A DNA stretch of 64,000 nt from a virus, in the IMG/VR virus record IMGVR_UViG_3300010371_000030, positions 1 to 64,000 of that record; one strand, written 5' to 3'. The translations under genes were made by a program, and so were the position numbers. The notes beneath the pieces are model-generated. The model was not told where the DNA came from. It saw nothing but the letters and a program-made list of their open reading frames with translations, and made no database searches. Of the stretch, positions 25,059 through 34,986 are shown piece after piece; positions within the stretch are counted from its first letter, which is position 1, and each line of letters begins with the position of its first letter.

Positions 25059-27778
25059 CACGCTGCCCTCACGACCAGACGCTGCCCGAGCGCCGCGAAC
25101 AGCGTAGGGGCGAGCTTGTTCAGGTCCCTGATGATGATGTTCTTGGCGCCTGTGCGCTCGTTGTAGTAACTCCGGGGCGCCTCGGTCCCTGCGCCGATGC
25201 CCCACACCTCGATGCCAGCAGAGGTGATGGTGGAGACCGTCTGGATCAGATGCCGCTCCAACGTCGACCGGCTGATGCCTGGATGGCAAGGCTGGCCGTC
25301 CGAGATGACCACGAGGATGCGCCGCGCCTCGCGCCGCCCGGCGACACGACGGGCGGCGGCCATGACCGCCTCGCCATCGGCGTTCTGCTCGTAACCATGG
25401 ATGGCGACGAAGCGGTCACGGCACTGGGACAGGCGCTCATTCCAACCCTTGAAGATGGGGAACACCAGCGGCGCTCGGGACACATAGCCCTCGGGCGCTC
25501 GCTCCCAATCGCCGCCCGTCGGATGCGGGCGAGACTCGTGGTTGTAGAAACCGATGATCTCATACGGCACGCGGATGGCTTCCCACGCCTCGGCCAGCGC
25601 GATGGCGGTGCGCTTGGCGTAGTACGCGCAGCACTGGGAGTTGACGCGCGGATCACCGATGGGGTCAGACGGGCCCATCGAGCCGCTGAGGTCAATAAGC
25701 ACCTCGATGGCCGTGTCAATGGCCATCTTCTTGGAGATGTCCGTGAACACGTTCCGGTCGCCCATCCGGACGTTGGCGAGCGCATCGTCATCGAGGCGCC
25801 CAGCGTCGAGTCCGGGCAGAACGCGCCGCCGCGTCATCGTCTGGAGCTGCGACTGCTGCTTGCCCCGAAGCGCTCCGATCTGCGAGCTGACGTCGTCGTA
25901 CGCCTTGCTGTAGTTGTCCAGCGCCTTGTTCTTGTCCGCACAGTACGGCGATGACGCCTGCTCGAATCGGTCCAGCTTCTGTGCCTCGGGATTGGGAACG
26001 TAGCGATGGTGCCGGTCCACATCCTCCTGGATAGTCCGCTCCATCTCTTCCTTGGCGATGTCAAACAGATCATCCGTGGTGACGTCGTCGCCCAGCGCGT
26101 GCTCCGCCTCGGGCGCCAGCTCCAGACGCGGGATGTCCAGCGCGTCATCGCCCGTTCCAGGCGCCTCGCTCGCTTCGCCCGGCTCCATCGGCATGTCCAC
26201 GTCGCCATCGGGTCCATCCGGCTCACCTTCGGACGCCTCGGGATCGCTCGCCCCTTCCTCGCCCTCGCCCGGCTCGCCCGCGGACATCTCCGCTCCACCT
26301 TCCGTGCCTTCGCCGTCCGCCTCCATCGCATCGCCCATCTCAGGGTCGCGCACGTCGTCGGCGGCAGCTTCCTCACTGTCCCCGTCGCCTTCGGGCTCGC
26401 CATCCTCGCTCGGCTCCGGCTCCGCCTCGGCAGGTTCGCCTTCCGTGCTCTCCTCGCCATCTGCGGGCTGGTCCTCGCCTTCGATGGCCTCCGGCTCCTC
26501 GCTCATCTCCGACGGCTCGCCTGCCTCTTCGCCCTCGGCCGGCTCGGAATCTTCGCCCGGCTCCGGCTCACCCTCGGCCGGTTGCTCGTCGCTGTCACCG
26601 TCTTGCTCACCTTGGACAGCTTCCCCCTCCTCACCATCCCCCGGTCCATCGGCATCGTCGCTCGTTGCTTCGCTGCCATCGTCTGCGTCAGCGTCGCCAT
26701 CGGCGCCTTCCGTGTCCTCATCGGCAGCCTCATCGCTGCCTTCGGCCGGCTCCTCGGAGGCTTCCGGGGCGCCCTCGGCCGACTCATCGCCGGTCTCAGC
26801 ATCCGCATCGCCCTCGGGCTCCGCGGTCTCCTCGCTGACAGACTCGCCATCCGAGTCATCCCCGCCGTCACTGCCTTCGGACGCCTCAACAGCCTCCTCG
26901 GCCGGCTCCTCGCCCTCACCATCGGCTTGTACGGCGTCACCGTCGGGCGTCTCCATCTCCTCGCCGGACGCCTCGGGCTCGCCATCCTCGCTCGGCTCCG
27001 GCTCGCCTTCATCGCGGCCATCGTCGGATTCCGGCGATGCCGGAGGCTCCTCGGACTCCGGTGCCGCTTCCGGCTCGGGCGGCGGTGCGGGCTTCTCTGC
27101 CTCTTCCTTCGCCGCCTTGGCCGCCTCCGACACCTTGTCGAAGGTACGCCGGGCGAGCGCTTCGCAGTCCTGGACCCACAACGCCTTCGCCACATCGGCG
27201 ATCTCATCGGCGACCAGATCCACGTACGGCTGAACGTCCGAGCGGACCCAGCCGACGTCCAAGCCGTCGGCGCGGCAAATGATCGCACAACCCAGCTCCA
27301 TCCAGAAGCTAGTGCGCGACTTCTCCTTGGCCGTCCGAGCCCGGAACGCCTGGATGAGCTCCACGTTCTTGGCAGCCAGGTTCTCGCCCATGCCAGGGTA
27401 GCGCGCGCCGTACTTGCGCTCAATCCGGATGTCCTCGTAAGCATTCGTCAGCATCGAGACGATGCGCGCCATCCGCGTGTTCGGCGAGCGGATGCGCTTG
27501 AGCGCGCTGATGGGCGTCTCGCGTCCGACTTCCTCGTGCGCTCGCTCCTCCATCACGTGCGACAGCTCGTGGTCGAGATGCCCATGAAGCTTCTGGCGCT
27601 TGTCCTCGGGCAGATGGTCGGCCGTGAACGGGATCCAGATGCGCTTGCCGTCTGTCTGGCACTTCATGCCGCTGGGGATGATCTCGACGTTCCAGTTGCC
27701 CGACATGACACGGGCAATCTTCCCGAAGGGACCGGCGAGGCCCAGCAGCTCGGGCGCGATGGTAGTGGAGCGAGACAT
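25058..27778 (-). CDS. cobT: CobT-like protein: HExxH peptidase-like N-domain, long acidic linker, C-terminal VWA/MIDAS domain
   Basis: DHELSH...NAYEDIRIE; GRLD; LIDLSGSM; ISDGQP; adjacent to a CobS-like AAA+ gene. Confidence 0.8.
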   Translation of the reverse strand: MSRSTTIAPELLGLAGPFGKIARVMSGNWNVEIIPSGMKCQTDGKRIWIPFTADHLPEDKRQKLHGHLDHELSHVMEERAHEEVGRETPISALKRIRSPNTRMARIVSMLTNAYEDIRIERKYGARYPGMGENLAAKNVELIQAFRARTAKEKSRTSFWMELGCAIICRADGLDVGWVRSDVQPYVDLVADEIADVAKALWVQDCEALARRTFDKVSEAAKAAKEEAEKPAPPPEPEAAPESEEPPASPESDDGRDEGEPEPSEDGEPEASGEEMETPDGDAVQADGEGEEPAEEAVEASEGSDGGDDSDGESVSEETAEPEGDADAETGDESAEGAPEASEEPAEGSDEAADEDTEGADGDADADDGSEATSDDADGPGDGEEGEAVQGEQDGDSDEQPAEGEPEPGEDSEPAEGEEAGEPSEMSEEPEAIEGEDQPADGEESTEGEPAEAEPEPSEDGEPEGDGDSEEAAADDVRDPEMGDAMEADGEGTEGGAEMSAGEPGEGEEGASDPEASEGEPDGPDGDVDMPMEPGEASEAPGTGDDALDIPRLELAPEAEHALGDDVTTDDLFDIAKEEMERTIQEDVDRHHRYVPNPEAQKLDRFEQASSPYCADKNKALDNYSKAYDDVSSQIGALRGKQQSQLQTMTRRRVLPGLDAGRLDDDALANVRMGDRNVFTDISKKMAIDTAIEVLIDLSGSMGPSDPIGDPRVNSQCCAYYAKRTAIALAEAWEAIRVPYEIIGFYNHESRPHPTGGDWERAPEGYVSRAPLVFPIFKGWNERLSQCRDRFVAIHGYEQNADGEAVMAAARRVAGRREARRILVVISDGQPCHPGISRSTLERHLIQTVSTITSAGIEVWGIGAGTEAPRSYYNERTGAKNIIIRDLNKLAPTLFAALGQRLVVRAA

Positions 27779-27780
27779 GT

Positions 27781-28935
27781 TCAGACCGTCCCTCCAAAGT
27801 GACGCTGGATGATCGCCGCGATGGCCTTGGAGTCATCATCCGGTAGCTTGTTGAGGATAGTGATCTTGGCGGCACGGCTAACATTGGAGAAGCGGACCGC
27901 CTTGCGCGCCCAAGCGATGAGGCGCCGAGGCGAGAGAGACACCATCGTCTGCTGGTTACGTTGCGCCTCGCGCACCTTCATCGCCACCTGGACCATCTGC
28001 TCGGCCCACGACTGTCGAAGCCCTGGTGCCTTGGACATCAGGATCTTCTGTTCCGCATCGGGCTCGGGATAGTCCATCCGGATGACGGTCTGAAACCGAT
28101 CCAGCAGCGCCTCGTTCATCGGCCCCGTTCCAGCGTACAGGCCGGAGTCGTCGCCGTAGCCGAGCGTGTTGGCCGTGGCGATGAAGCGGAAGTGCTCATG
28201 GAACGACACCTCGGTGCCGCCCGCCCGATCCATCAGCATCAGCTGGCGATGCTCCTCCAGCACAGGATGTAGAACGAAGGTGACCGTGGGTGGCGCGGCG
28301 TCGAATTCGTCAGCCAGGAACCAGTGCCCGCGTTGCGCCGAGTCCGGCAGCGGACCGTCGGTCCAGGAAGTGATCGCCTGTCCGCTCGCTTCGTCCACGC
28401 GCAGGTCCTTGCCTCCCACGAGGCTTCCGAGCCGCATCTCACCGTTGAAGGGACAGCGTCGGAGCGGCTGATCCACGATGGCCGCCAACTCGCGCACGAG
28501 GGTGGTCTTGCCGAGACCGGGCGGCCCCACGATCAGGACATTCTCCTTGTCCTGGACCGCCAACGCCAGCTCCTCCAGCGCCGCCGTTTCGTTGGGACCC
28601 ATCTCCCACTGCTCGTCGTGGATGGGGATGTATGCCCTGTCGTATCCGTCCAGATCCTCACGCCGCGCAAGCGTCGCGACGCCGAACTTGAAGACGTTCC
28701 CAGGAGAGGCCACGGCCACGGGCGTCTCAACGTCCGGCGCGGAGGCGGCCTTGGCGTTGGCCTTGCCCGTCTCGGAAGCGAGCGGAGCACCAGGGTACTT
28801 CTTCAAGTACGCCCTGGTGTTCATCTTGTGGACGGAGGACAAGTGCGCGTCCAGGCGGTGGTACCACAAGTTACACTCGCGGCACTGGACCTTCTCTCGC
28901 CCGGCGCTGTCCCGTCTGTCGTGTGCGTCGCCCAT
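27781..28935 (-). CDS. cobS: CobS/MoxR-like AAA+ ATPase with N-terminal C2H2 (MucR-like) Zn finger
   Basis: CRECNLWYHRLDAHLSSVH; GPPGLGKT; LADEFD; FIATANT; NEALLDRF; LSPRRL. Confidence 0.88.
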   Translation of the reverse strand: MGDAHDRRDSAGREKVQCRECNLWYHRLDAHLSSVHKMNTRAYLKKYPGAPLASETGKANAKAASAPDVETPVAVASPGNVFKFGVATLARREDLDGYDRAYIPIHDEQWEMGPNETAALEELALAVQDKENVLIVGPPGLGKTTLVRELAAIVDQPLRRCPFNGEMRLGSLVGGKDLRVDEASGQAITSWTDGPLPDSAQRGHWFLADEFDAAPPTVTFVLHPVLEEHRQLMLMDRAGGTEVSFHEHFRFIATANTLGYGDDSGLYAGTGPMNEALLDRFQTVIRMDYPEPDAEQKILMSKAPGLRQSWAEQMVQVAMKVREAQRNQQTMVSLSPRRLIAWARKAVRFSNVSRAAKITILNKLPDDDSKAIAAIIQRHFGGTV

Positions 28936-29007
28936 CGTCTGTCTCCTCAGTGTTTCTCGTTGTCGCTTGCCATCCGTCCGTCAACGAAGGGCGAGCAGGG
29001 AGCCGAT

Positions 29008-29046
29008 AGCTTAACCGCTACTTGGGCATCCAGGAAGAGTTTTTTT
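29008..29046 (-). promoter_or_regulatory. Putative promoter TTCCTG-N17-TAAGCT with upstream A-tract
   Basis: Intergenic; A7 tract (UP element-like) is unusual in this high-GC DNA. Confidence 0.55.
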
Positions 29047-29067
29047 GTCCAAGCACCCATGGCGTCC

Positions 29068-30189
29068 TCAAGACCACCTGGAAGCGCCAGCCCGTTTGGC
29101 GGCTGCCAACTTCGCTTGGAGCCGGGGAAGGCGCGCCCCAGTCCAACGCTTGGCGTTGTCGATGGCGGCATACGCTTCCTTGGTGGTGCTGTTACCAGGG
29201 TCCAACTTGCCTCTGTCGTCAGACCCATCGATGGGAGCGAGCAAGGCGATGTAGACATCCGTGAAGTGGACCGCCAAACGCGTCGCGACCTTGATCGGCG
29301 CTTCCATCTCTTCGGGGTCCAGCATCACGGTCATCGATGTACTCGACGGCAACGACATGAGCATAGACATCTGCTCGTCGTGAAGCTCCTTGCCGCCGAG
29401 AGAGAGCGCGCTGATGGAGTGCTGATACAGCTTCACCGCGTCCAGCGGACCTTCGCACAGAACGACATCGCCAGTGAGCCGGGCCAGGTTCCAGCCGATG
29501 AGCAACCGTCGGAAGTCCGTGCCGGTCGGGTTGAGGTACTTCGGGATCTGGTCGCCAAGCATATCACGAGCCGTGTGGCTTCGTCCGTTGGGACACTCCA
29601 CCGGGATGACGAGGCGCCCCGAGTAGCGCCGTGCGCAGAGTGGCGTGCATTTCTCGCCTTCCCATCCAGGGCAGCCCCTGGAATGCTTGGATCCTTTGGC
29701 TACGAATCCCATGCCCCAAGCACGAGCGGTCGCGCTCTTGATCCCGCGCTCCTTCAGGTACGCGGGCAGCTGCCATACGTCCTTGCCCGCTTTGCTGGCG
29801 TAGCAGGGCCGGAAACCGTCCGGCAGAGCGTCGTCCACGAAGGTGACTTCTGCCACCTCCTGCCCAGCGTGCGGGCGGAGCGCTTGGAGCCGCTCCCGAA
29901 GGCTGACGCTGGTCTCGCGTCGCCGCATCTCCACCGACTGACGGAAGATGAAGCCGTTGGCCTCCGCCTCTGAGATGTCCTCGATGATCGCGATGAGACC
30001 GGCGATACGGCGACCGGCGAGCCCGCACTTGTTGCAGAGATACGCTCCGCTGTCCGTGTTTGCATAGAATCCACCATACCGACGGCACGATGGAGAAGGG
30101 CACACGCCGGTGACCTCCGAGCCGGCCGACGGCCGGAAGCGTTCCAGGTGCTCCTCCATGTAAGCACGGATGTCGAAGCGTCGCGACAC
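29068..30189 (-). CDS. DNA primase (Zn-binding plus TOPRIM domain)
   Basis: CPSPSC...CNKCG, GRLVIP, ARD...PKYLN, LCEGPLDA and MLDP. Confidence 0.9.
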   Translation of the reverse strand: MSRRFDIRAYMEEHLERFRPSAGSEVTGVCPSPSCRRYGGFYANTDSGAYLCNKCGLAGRRIAGLIAIIEDISEAEANGFIFRQSVEMRRRETSVSLRERLQALRPHAGQEVAEVTFVDDALPDGFRPCYASKAGKDVWQLPAYLKERGIKSATARAWGMGFVAKGSKHSRGCPGWEGEKCTPLCARRYSGRLVIPVECPNGRSHTARDMLGDQIPKYLNPTGTDFRRLLIGWNLARLTGDVVLCEGPLDAVKLYQHSISALSLGGKELHDEQMSMLMSLPSSTSMTVMLDPEEMEAPIKVATRLAVHFTDVYIALLAPIDGSDDRGKLDPGNSTTKEAYAAIDNAKRWTGARLPRLQAKLAAAKRAGASRWS

Positions 30190-30471
30190 TTACACCCCCA
30201 CCGGGCGCGGAATCTCACGCACCTTGCAGCCCATCCTGATCAGCTCGCCCGTCGCCTTGGACCAGTCGGAATCTTCCACCGCACACTCACACGTGAACGT
30301 GTACTGGTACGTGTAGATGCTGGTACGCTCGATGCTGATCGTGGTACGCAGGAACTTTGGATCGCCATAGACCATGTTGGAGATAGCGCCCATGACTACC
30401 TTCTGTAGCGCTTCGCCCTGGCCAACGGCAATCTCTTTGCTGTTCTCCACGATCATGTAACGTAGTTTCAT
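30190..30471 (-). CDS. Hypothetical protein
   Basis: 93-aa ORF coupled (ATGA) to the methyltransferase stop. Confidence 0.65.
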   Translation of the reverse strand: MKLRYMIVENSKEIAVGQGEALQKVVMGAISNMVYGDPKFLRTTISIERTSIYTYQYTFTCECAVEDSDWSKATGELIRMGCKVREIPRPVGV

Positions 30472-31220
30472 GCTGCCATCCCTTCCACAAGCCGAGCGTC
30501 ATCCAGTTCCTTCCAGCAGCGCGCTCGGCTACGCGCCACGGCATCCTCGACCACATCGAAGCCCAACCACAACCGACCGGACGCCAGCGCCGCCTCGCCG
30601 GAGGCGCCCGAGCCCGCGAACGGGTCCAGAACTAGCTCGCCCGGCTGGGTGGAGTTCAGGATCAACCGCTCGAATACTTCGGCCGGTTTCTCAGTTGGAT
30701 ACAAGTCCTTGCCTTGAAGCCTCTTACACTCGATGACGTTCGGCCACCCTAGCTCGTTGAGACGCCGCTTGCCCTTCTCCAGGAACAAGATGAACTCGGT
30801 GCGCTTCCTCCAATGGTAGCCCATCCCGATGGTCTTCTTATCCCAGATGAGCCGGTCCCACACCTTGAAACCCACCGCTTTGGCCATTGGCTTGACGATG
30901 TCGCTCGTCTCATCGTCGCACAGAATGTAAGCGTGTCGGTCGCGCCGGAGTACACGATACATCTGCGCCAGCAGCTCCGGGAAGCGCTCGTTGGCGAAGA
31001 TTGGAAACCAGTCGTTGGACGACATCTTGGAGTGCGACAGACGCGTAGTCGTGCCCGAGGCTCGGTGCTTCTCCAGCGATTCGTAGGCTGGATCCGTCGC
31101 CACCAAGTCGACGCTCTGGGCGGGCATCGCCGCCAGCATATCCACGGCATCGCGGCGGAGCACCGCAAACCCATCGCGGCTCACGACGTCCATGGCAACG
31201 CTGTAGTCAGCGACGCTCAT
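30468..31220 (-). CDS. DNA methyltransferase, N6-adenine/N4-cytosine, beta class
   Basis: Catalytic TDPAY precedes YPTEKP and the SAM-binding LDPFAGSG. Confidence 0.92.
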   Translation of the reverse strand: MSVADYSVAMDVVSRDGFAVLRRDAVDMLAAMPAQSVDLVATDPAYESLEKHRASGTTTRLSHSKMSSNDWFPIFANERFPELLAQMYRVLRRDRHAYILCDDETSDIVKPMAKAVGFKVWDRLIWDKKTIGMGYHWRKRTEFILFLEKGKRRLNELGWPNVIECKRLQGKDLYPTEKPAEVFERLILNSTQPGELVLDPFAGSGASGEAALASGRLWLGFDVVEDAVARSRARCWKELDDARLVEGMAA

Positions 31221-32656
31221 GCCGCCTCCGCTTCCTCGTCGCCCGCGCCGGTCGCTTCCTTCATCAGCATACGTGTGAAGTCGCAGTCCAGCTTGATCTT
31301 GAGTCTCGACACGCCGTCGCGATACTTGGCGAGGAACAACTCCATCTGGCGTCGCCCCTCTTCATCGGAATCGAAACCGCTGACCTCGCCAGGCTCCTCA
31401 CCGACATCTTCATCGTCGGTCACCACCTCGACGGTCTTGTGCCGACGATGAATGTCCTTGGCATTCGGGTCGTTGATCGACAGGATGATGTCCGCGATGC
31501 GCGCCTTGTCGTAGCTTTCGCTGGTGGCTTCTGCCGTGGCGATCTGGACGGCCCACTCCCTACCTGCGTGCACCGTCGACCACACCATAATGCCCAGCTC
31601 CTCAGCCAGCTCCTTCAGGTCCCAATACACCGCCGCCTGCTGAAGCCGGAAGCTGTCCAGCGACTGGTCGACCGACTTGAGGTGATCGCCCGAGTCCATG
31701 GTGAGGAAGTCGGGAGTGAAGTCGTACTCATCCTTGAGCTCATCGAGCGCGGCGCGGATGGTCCGGATGTCGGCGCTGCGGACGGGCATGCTCAGGATGT
31801 GGAGCATGTTGGCGTACTTCTTTGCCGCCTTCTTGTATCGCTCCTCCAGCTCGCGCAGCTCACTGGGCTTGAAGTCAAACCCTTTGAATTGGTCGTACTT
31901 CATCCCGGACCACCGAGCGTCTTGCCGGGTGGCTACCTGTCGCGCCGGCATCTCCAAGGCGAAGTACACGCCGCGATGCCCTCTGGAGATGCCAGTGTGG
32001 GTGAAGTTGGAGCCCAGAATCGACTTTCCACGGCCCGTGGTACCCATGATGAGTCCCACCTCGCCCTTCCGGCCGCCACCGCCCAACGCCTTGTCGAGGC
32101 GAGCGATGCCGGTGGGGATGACCCTGAACTCGTCGGGGTGTTCCTTCTCATACTTGCGAGCGGCCTGTCGCTCGCCAAACTCCTCACTCCATCGAATGTG
32201 CGTCCAAGTACGCTCCACGGAGACACCCCGGGAGACGCCCGCCAGCGCCTTGTCCGCGGCGTCGAGGTCATTCTTGGACAGCGCCTCCGCTCCGCGCTCC
32301 ATGGCCAGTTGTAGCGTGACGTACCGAACAAACTTGGTCAGTTGTTCGAGCGCCGCTTTGGGGCCTGCCGGCTTGGTCTTCAGGAGGCGATGGACGAAGG
32401 TGAGATGTAGCGCACGCTCCTCATCCTTCTTGAAGTCGGTCCGAGCCCGAGCGATGATGAGCTTGGCGTTTGGACGCTCCCGGTACTTGGCCCACGTCTC
32501 GGCTGTCACCTTCCATAGCCAAGCACGCTCCTTGGTCCCGAAGTGGTGCGCACTACAGATGCGCGACGCCGTGCGCAGGTACGAATCGTCACGAAGACAC
32601 TGCCCCAAGACAGCATCTTCAAACTCGGCATCGAACGTCGCTTCAGGCTCACTCAT
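31217..32656 (-). CDS. dnaB: Replicative DnaB-like (SF4) helicase
   Basis: IPTGIARLD, GTTGRGKS, FALEM and LAKYRDG. Confidence 0.9.
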   Translation of the reverse strand: MSEPEATFDAEFEDAVLGQCLRDDSYLRTASRICSAHHFGTKERAWLWKVTAETWAKYRERPNAKLIIARARTDFKKDEERALHLTFVHRLLKTKPAGPKAALEQLTKFVRYVTLQLAMERGAEALSKNDLDAADKALAGVSRGVSVERTWTHIRWSEEFGERQAARKYEKEHPDEFRVIPTGIARLDKALGGGGRKGEVGLIMGTTGRGKSILGSNFTHTGISRGHRGVYFALEMPARQVATRQDARWSGMKYDQFKGFDFKPSELRELEERYKKAAKKYANMLHILSMPVRSADIRTIRAALDELKDEYDFTPDFLTMDSGDHLKSVDQSLDSFRLQQAAVYWDLKELAEELGIMVWSTVHAGREWAVQIATAEATSESYDKARIADIILSINDPNAKDIHRRHKTVEVVTDDEDVGEEPGEVSGFDSDEEGRRQMELFLAKYRDGVSRLKIKLDCDFTRMLMKEATGAGDEEAEAA

Positions 32657-33327
32657 TGGATGCCCAGTTCCTTCTTCATCCTGGCCTTGGCCGCCTTGCG
32701 GAAGTCGCCCGCCTCCAGAGGCACCACTGTGTACTTCCCCTCCAGCATCGACTCGATGCTCGACCCATACATCTTGGTCAGAGCGGCATACGACAGATTG
32801 GTGGCGAGGAGAACAGGATCGCCATCGTCATACCGACGCTTGAGAAGCAACTCCAACTGCGTCGTCAGCCACGAGTCCGCCTTGTAGTGCTCCTTGCCTA
32901 GCTCGTCAATGGCCACGAAGTCCGAGTCCAGCAAGAACGCCAAGCGCCGATCAGAGTCCGGGCTGTGGAAGCCTCGCTTGATGTCGGCATCCAGTTGTGC
33001 CAGCGTGGTGTAGTAGGCCGTGCGCCCTCGCCGCAGGGCCTGTGTGAGCACGAACGACATGAAGATGGTCTTGCCCGCTCCGTTGTCACCGCTGAACAGC
33101 AGCGAGTAGCCACGGACCATCGCCACCTTCATTCGAGCCGTGTACTTCAACACACACGCATCGAAGGCAGCCCGATTGTACTTGATGTCGCCACTCCCGA
33201 CGTTCCAGAACGTCTTGGGGATACACGCTTCATAGCATCGCGTGTAATACAGCGCTCGTGTATCGTCGTCACCGAAGCGCTCCGCCATGGACGCTTGGAA
33301 GATGGAGACTTGTTCCGGCGTTCTCAT
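32653..33327 (-). CDS. DnaC/IstB-like helicase loader ATPase
   Basis: LFSGDNGAGKT, IDELGKE, RRYDD, LATN; lies between the initiator and dnaB. Confidence 0.88.
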   Translation of the reverse strand: MRTPEQVSIFQASMAERFGDDDTRALYYTRCYEACIPKTFWNVGSGDIKYNRAAFDACVLKYTARMKVAMVRGYSLLFSGDNGAGKTIFMSFVLTQALRRGRTAYYTTLAQLDADIKRGFHSPDSDRRLAFLLDSDFVAIDELGKEHYKADSWLTTQLELLLKRRYDDGDPVLLATNLSYAALTKMYGSSIESMLEGKYTVVPLEAGDFRKAAKARMKKELGIQ

Positions 33328-34943
33328 GGCGTGAACAACACCTCCGCGACAAACTCCGCCATCTCTTTGGCCTTACCAGCTGCCATGAACACCTTCGTTC
33401 CTTTGGCCAGCAGTTCTGCGTTGTGCTGTAGAGTCAGCAGATACCTGTCGTTGTACGCTTGCGTCTTGAAGCCGCCCTGTTCCAACGTCTTCCGCAACTC
33501 CGGATGGAGTTGCCCCATAGCCGTGTAGCTGTTGCCCGCCGGTGGCTTCGGGCTTTCTGCCGACACGGCGGCCGACGTCGGCGCCGGGGCGGACATGGAC
33601 GAGCACGCTACGCGGTCGATGTTGGCAGGAGACTTCAGGAAGCTAAGCGGCGGCAGAACCATGTCACGTTGTGCGAAGTTGCCGATGTTGGCGTCCCAGT
33701 ACTGGAGAAGCTGGCGTGGTGTGACGCCCTTCCGAAGGCACATGATGCCCGCCTCTTCAGCGTATCGTCGCTCCTCGGCAGAGACGTTGTACGTGCTGAC
33801 CAGCTTGCGACGCCGCTCCGCCTCGCGCCGATATCGTGTGTAGATGCGGCTGAACTCGGTCGCAATCTTGTCCACGAGAGCTTGGCGTGACTTGTCGCTC
33901 TTGGGTCTGTCGAGAATGGCCAGGAACAGCGGATGTCTCCGGGAGCCGGGGTCAAAGGTGAGCACCGGGTCCTCATACCTATCCAGCTGTACCCAATCAA
34001 TAGTACCGGGAACGCGCCCTTGAATCTTTTGTGCTGTGGCGTGGTTCTTGCCGTTGGCAGCGCGCGCCTCGCTTCGCTCGGCTCTAAGCCTCTGTCGATC
34101 CGCTCCGATCCTTTCGACCATAGAAAGGGATCCGATCTTAGGCCCAGCAGCAAGAGGCTCCTTGTAGGCACCTTCGGACACGAATTTGACACGCTCTCCA
34201 TCGCCATCAAAGGCGATCTTGGTGGCAGCAAGAATGCTTTGTACACAGGCGGCCTGGAAGTCGGTCGACATCGCCGAAACTCCAGCGCCGATGGTCATCG
34301 AAAGGGCTTGCTGGGAAAGTCCGACTGGACCCCTGGGAAAGTCCGAATCCTGGCCTGGGAAAGTCCGACTGAAGCCCTGGGAAAGTCCGACTGACACAGT
34401 AAACGTGTCGGTTCCGACGTGAGTCACGCGAGGCTCCGCCCTGTCGAGGGCTGCGACGGCGACGTCTGCGAGACGCGCGAAATGGTGCGCGCGAGCATTG
34501 ATCAGAGCACGACGCTCGATGATGACGCGCGTCGGCCGACCGCCCCCGACGGTGTCAAATGAGATGTAGCCCTTGAGATGGAGCTCACGGAGAACTTCGT
34601 TGCTCCGGCGTTCAGAATACTTGAGCAGCTTGGCGAGTTTGCCACGACCAGAAGCCAGCTCATCATCCGTCGCGACGATGAGACGCATCCAAACGGCGAA
34701 TCCTTCGCTGGTCAGCTCATCAAAGGCAGTAGAGATGCGGGCGGGCCCTACTCCGGGGTGCGAGACTGGCGTTGCCTTCTGCCGTCTTACGATTGGATCC
34801 ATCGTTTGGATTCCTTCCATTGTGCCCACGTCCGTCTGGGTCGGAAACCGCTGTATCCCTCTGCTTAAAAGCAAACGGCCGACATCCCGTTGGAGGATTG
34901 TCGGCCGTCTCTGCTCACGAAGCAAGCGCCCGAGCGCGCCCAC
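33324..34943 (-). CDS. Putative replication initiator with N-terminal winged HTH (start uncertain)
   Basis: GRGKLAKLLKYSERRSNEVLRELHLKGYISF; internal iteron array; upstream of the DnaC-like gene and dnaB. Confidence 0.65.
   Translation of the reverse strand: MGALGRLLREQRRPTILQRDVGRLLLSRGIQRFPTQTDVGTMEGIQTMDPIVRRQKATPVSHPGVGPARISTAFDELTSEGFAVWMRLIVATDDELASGRGKLAKLLKYSERRSNEVLRELHLKGYISFDTVGGGRPTRVIIERRALINARAHHFARLADVAVAALDRAEPRVTHVGTDTFTVSVGLSQGFSRTFPGQDSDFPRGPVGLSQQALSMTIGAGVSAMSTDFQAACVQSILAATKIAFDGDGERVKFVSEGAYKEPLAAGPKIGSLSMVERIGADRQRLRAERSEARAANGKNHATAQKIQGRVPGTIDWVQLDRYEDPVLTFDPGSRRHPLFLAILDRPKSDKSRQALVDKIATEFSRIYTRYRREAERRRKLVSTYNVSAEERRYAEEAGIMCLRKGVTPRQLLQYWDANIGNFAQRDMVLPPLSFLKSPANIDRVACSSMSAPAPTSAAVSAESPKPPAGNSYTAMGQLHPELRKTLEQGGFKTQAYNDRYLLTLQHNAELLAKGTKVFMAAGKAKEMAEFVAEVLFTP
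34311..34392. repeat. Four direct repeats CTGGGAAAGTCCGA at 22-bp period (iterons; putative replication origin)
   Basis: Copies start at 34311, 34333, 34355 and 34377. Confidence 0.9.
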
Positions 34944-34986
34944 CGTCCGCCGCTCGTCCGTCCCTACGTCAAGCAGCGTAGGGAGA

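Noticed and set aside
26200-27060. Repeated DNA segments such as GCCATCCTCGCTCGGCTCCGGCTC in the CobT-like linker, and GGCTT/GCC repeats in the SSB tail
   Set aside because: In-frame consequences of low-complexity protein repeats (EPEPSEDGEPE, AKPA); no evidence of an independent DNA element
25058-28935. Cobalamin biosynthesis auxiliary metabolic genes
   Set aside because: No cobN or other cob genes in the window; a MoxR/VWA chaperone-type pair is the more defensible reading
30468-31220. Restriction-modification system
   Set aside because: No cognate endonuclease is recognisable nearby; treated as an orphan phage methyltransferase
34311-34392. Possible mini-CRISPR array
   Set aside because: Repeats are 14 bp with 8-bp spacers, far too short; they lie inside a CDS and no cas genes are present, so iterons fit better
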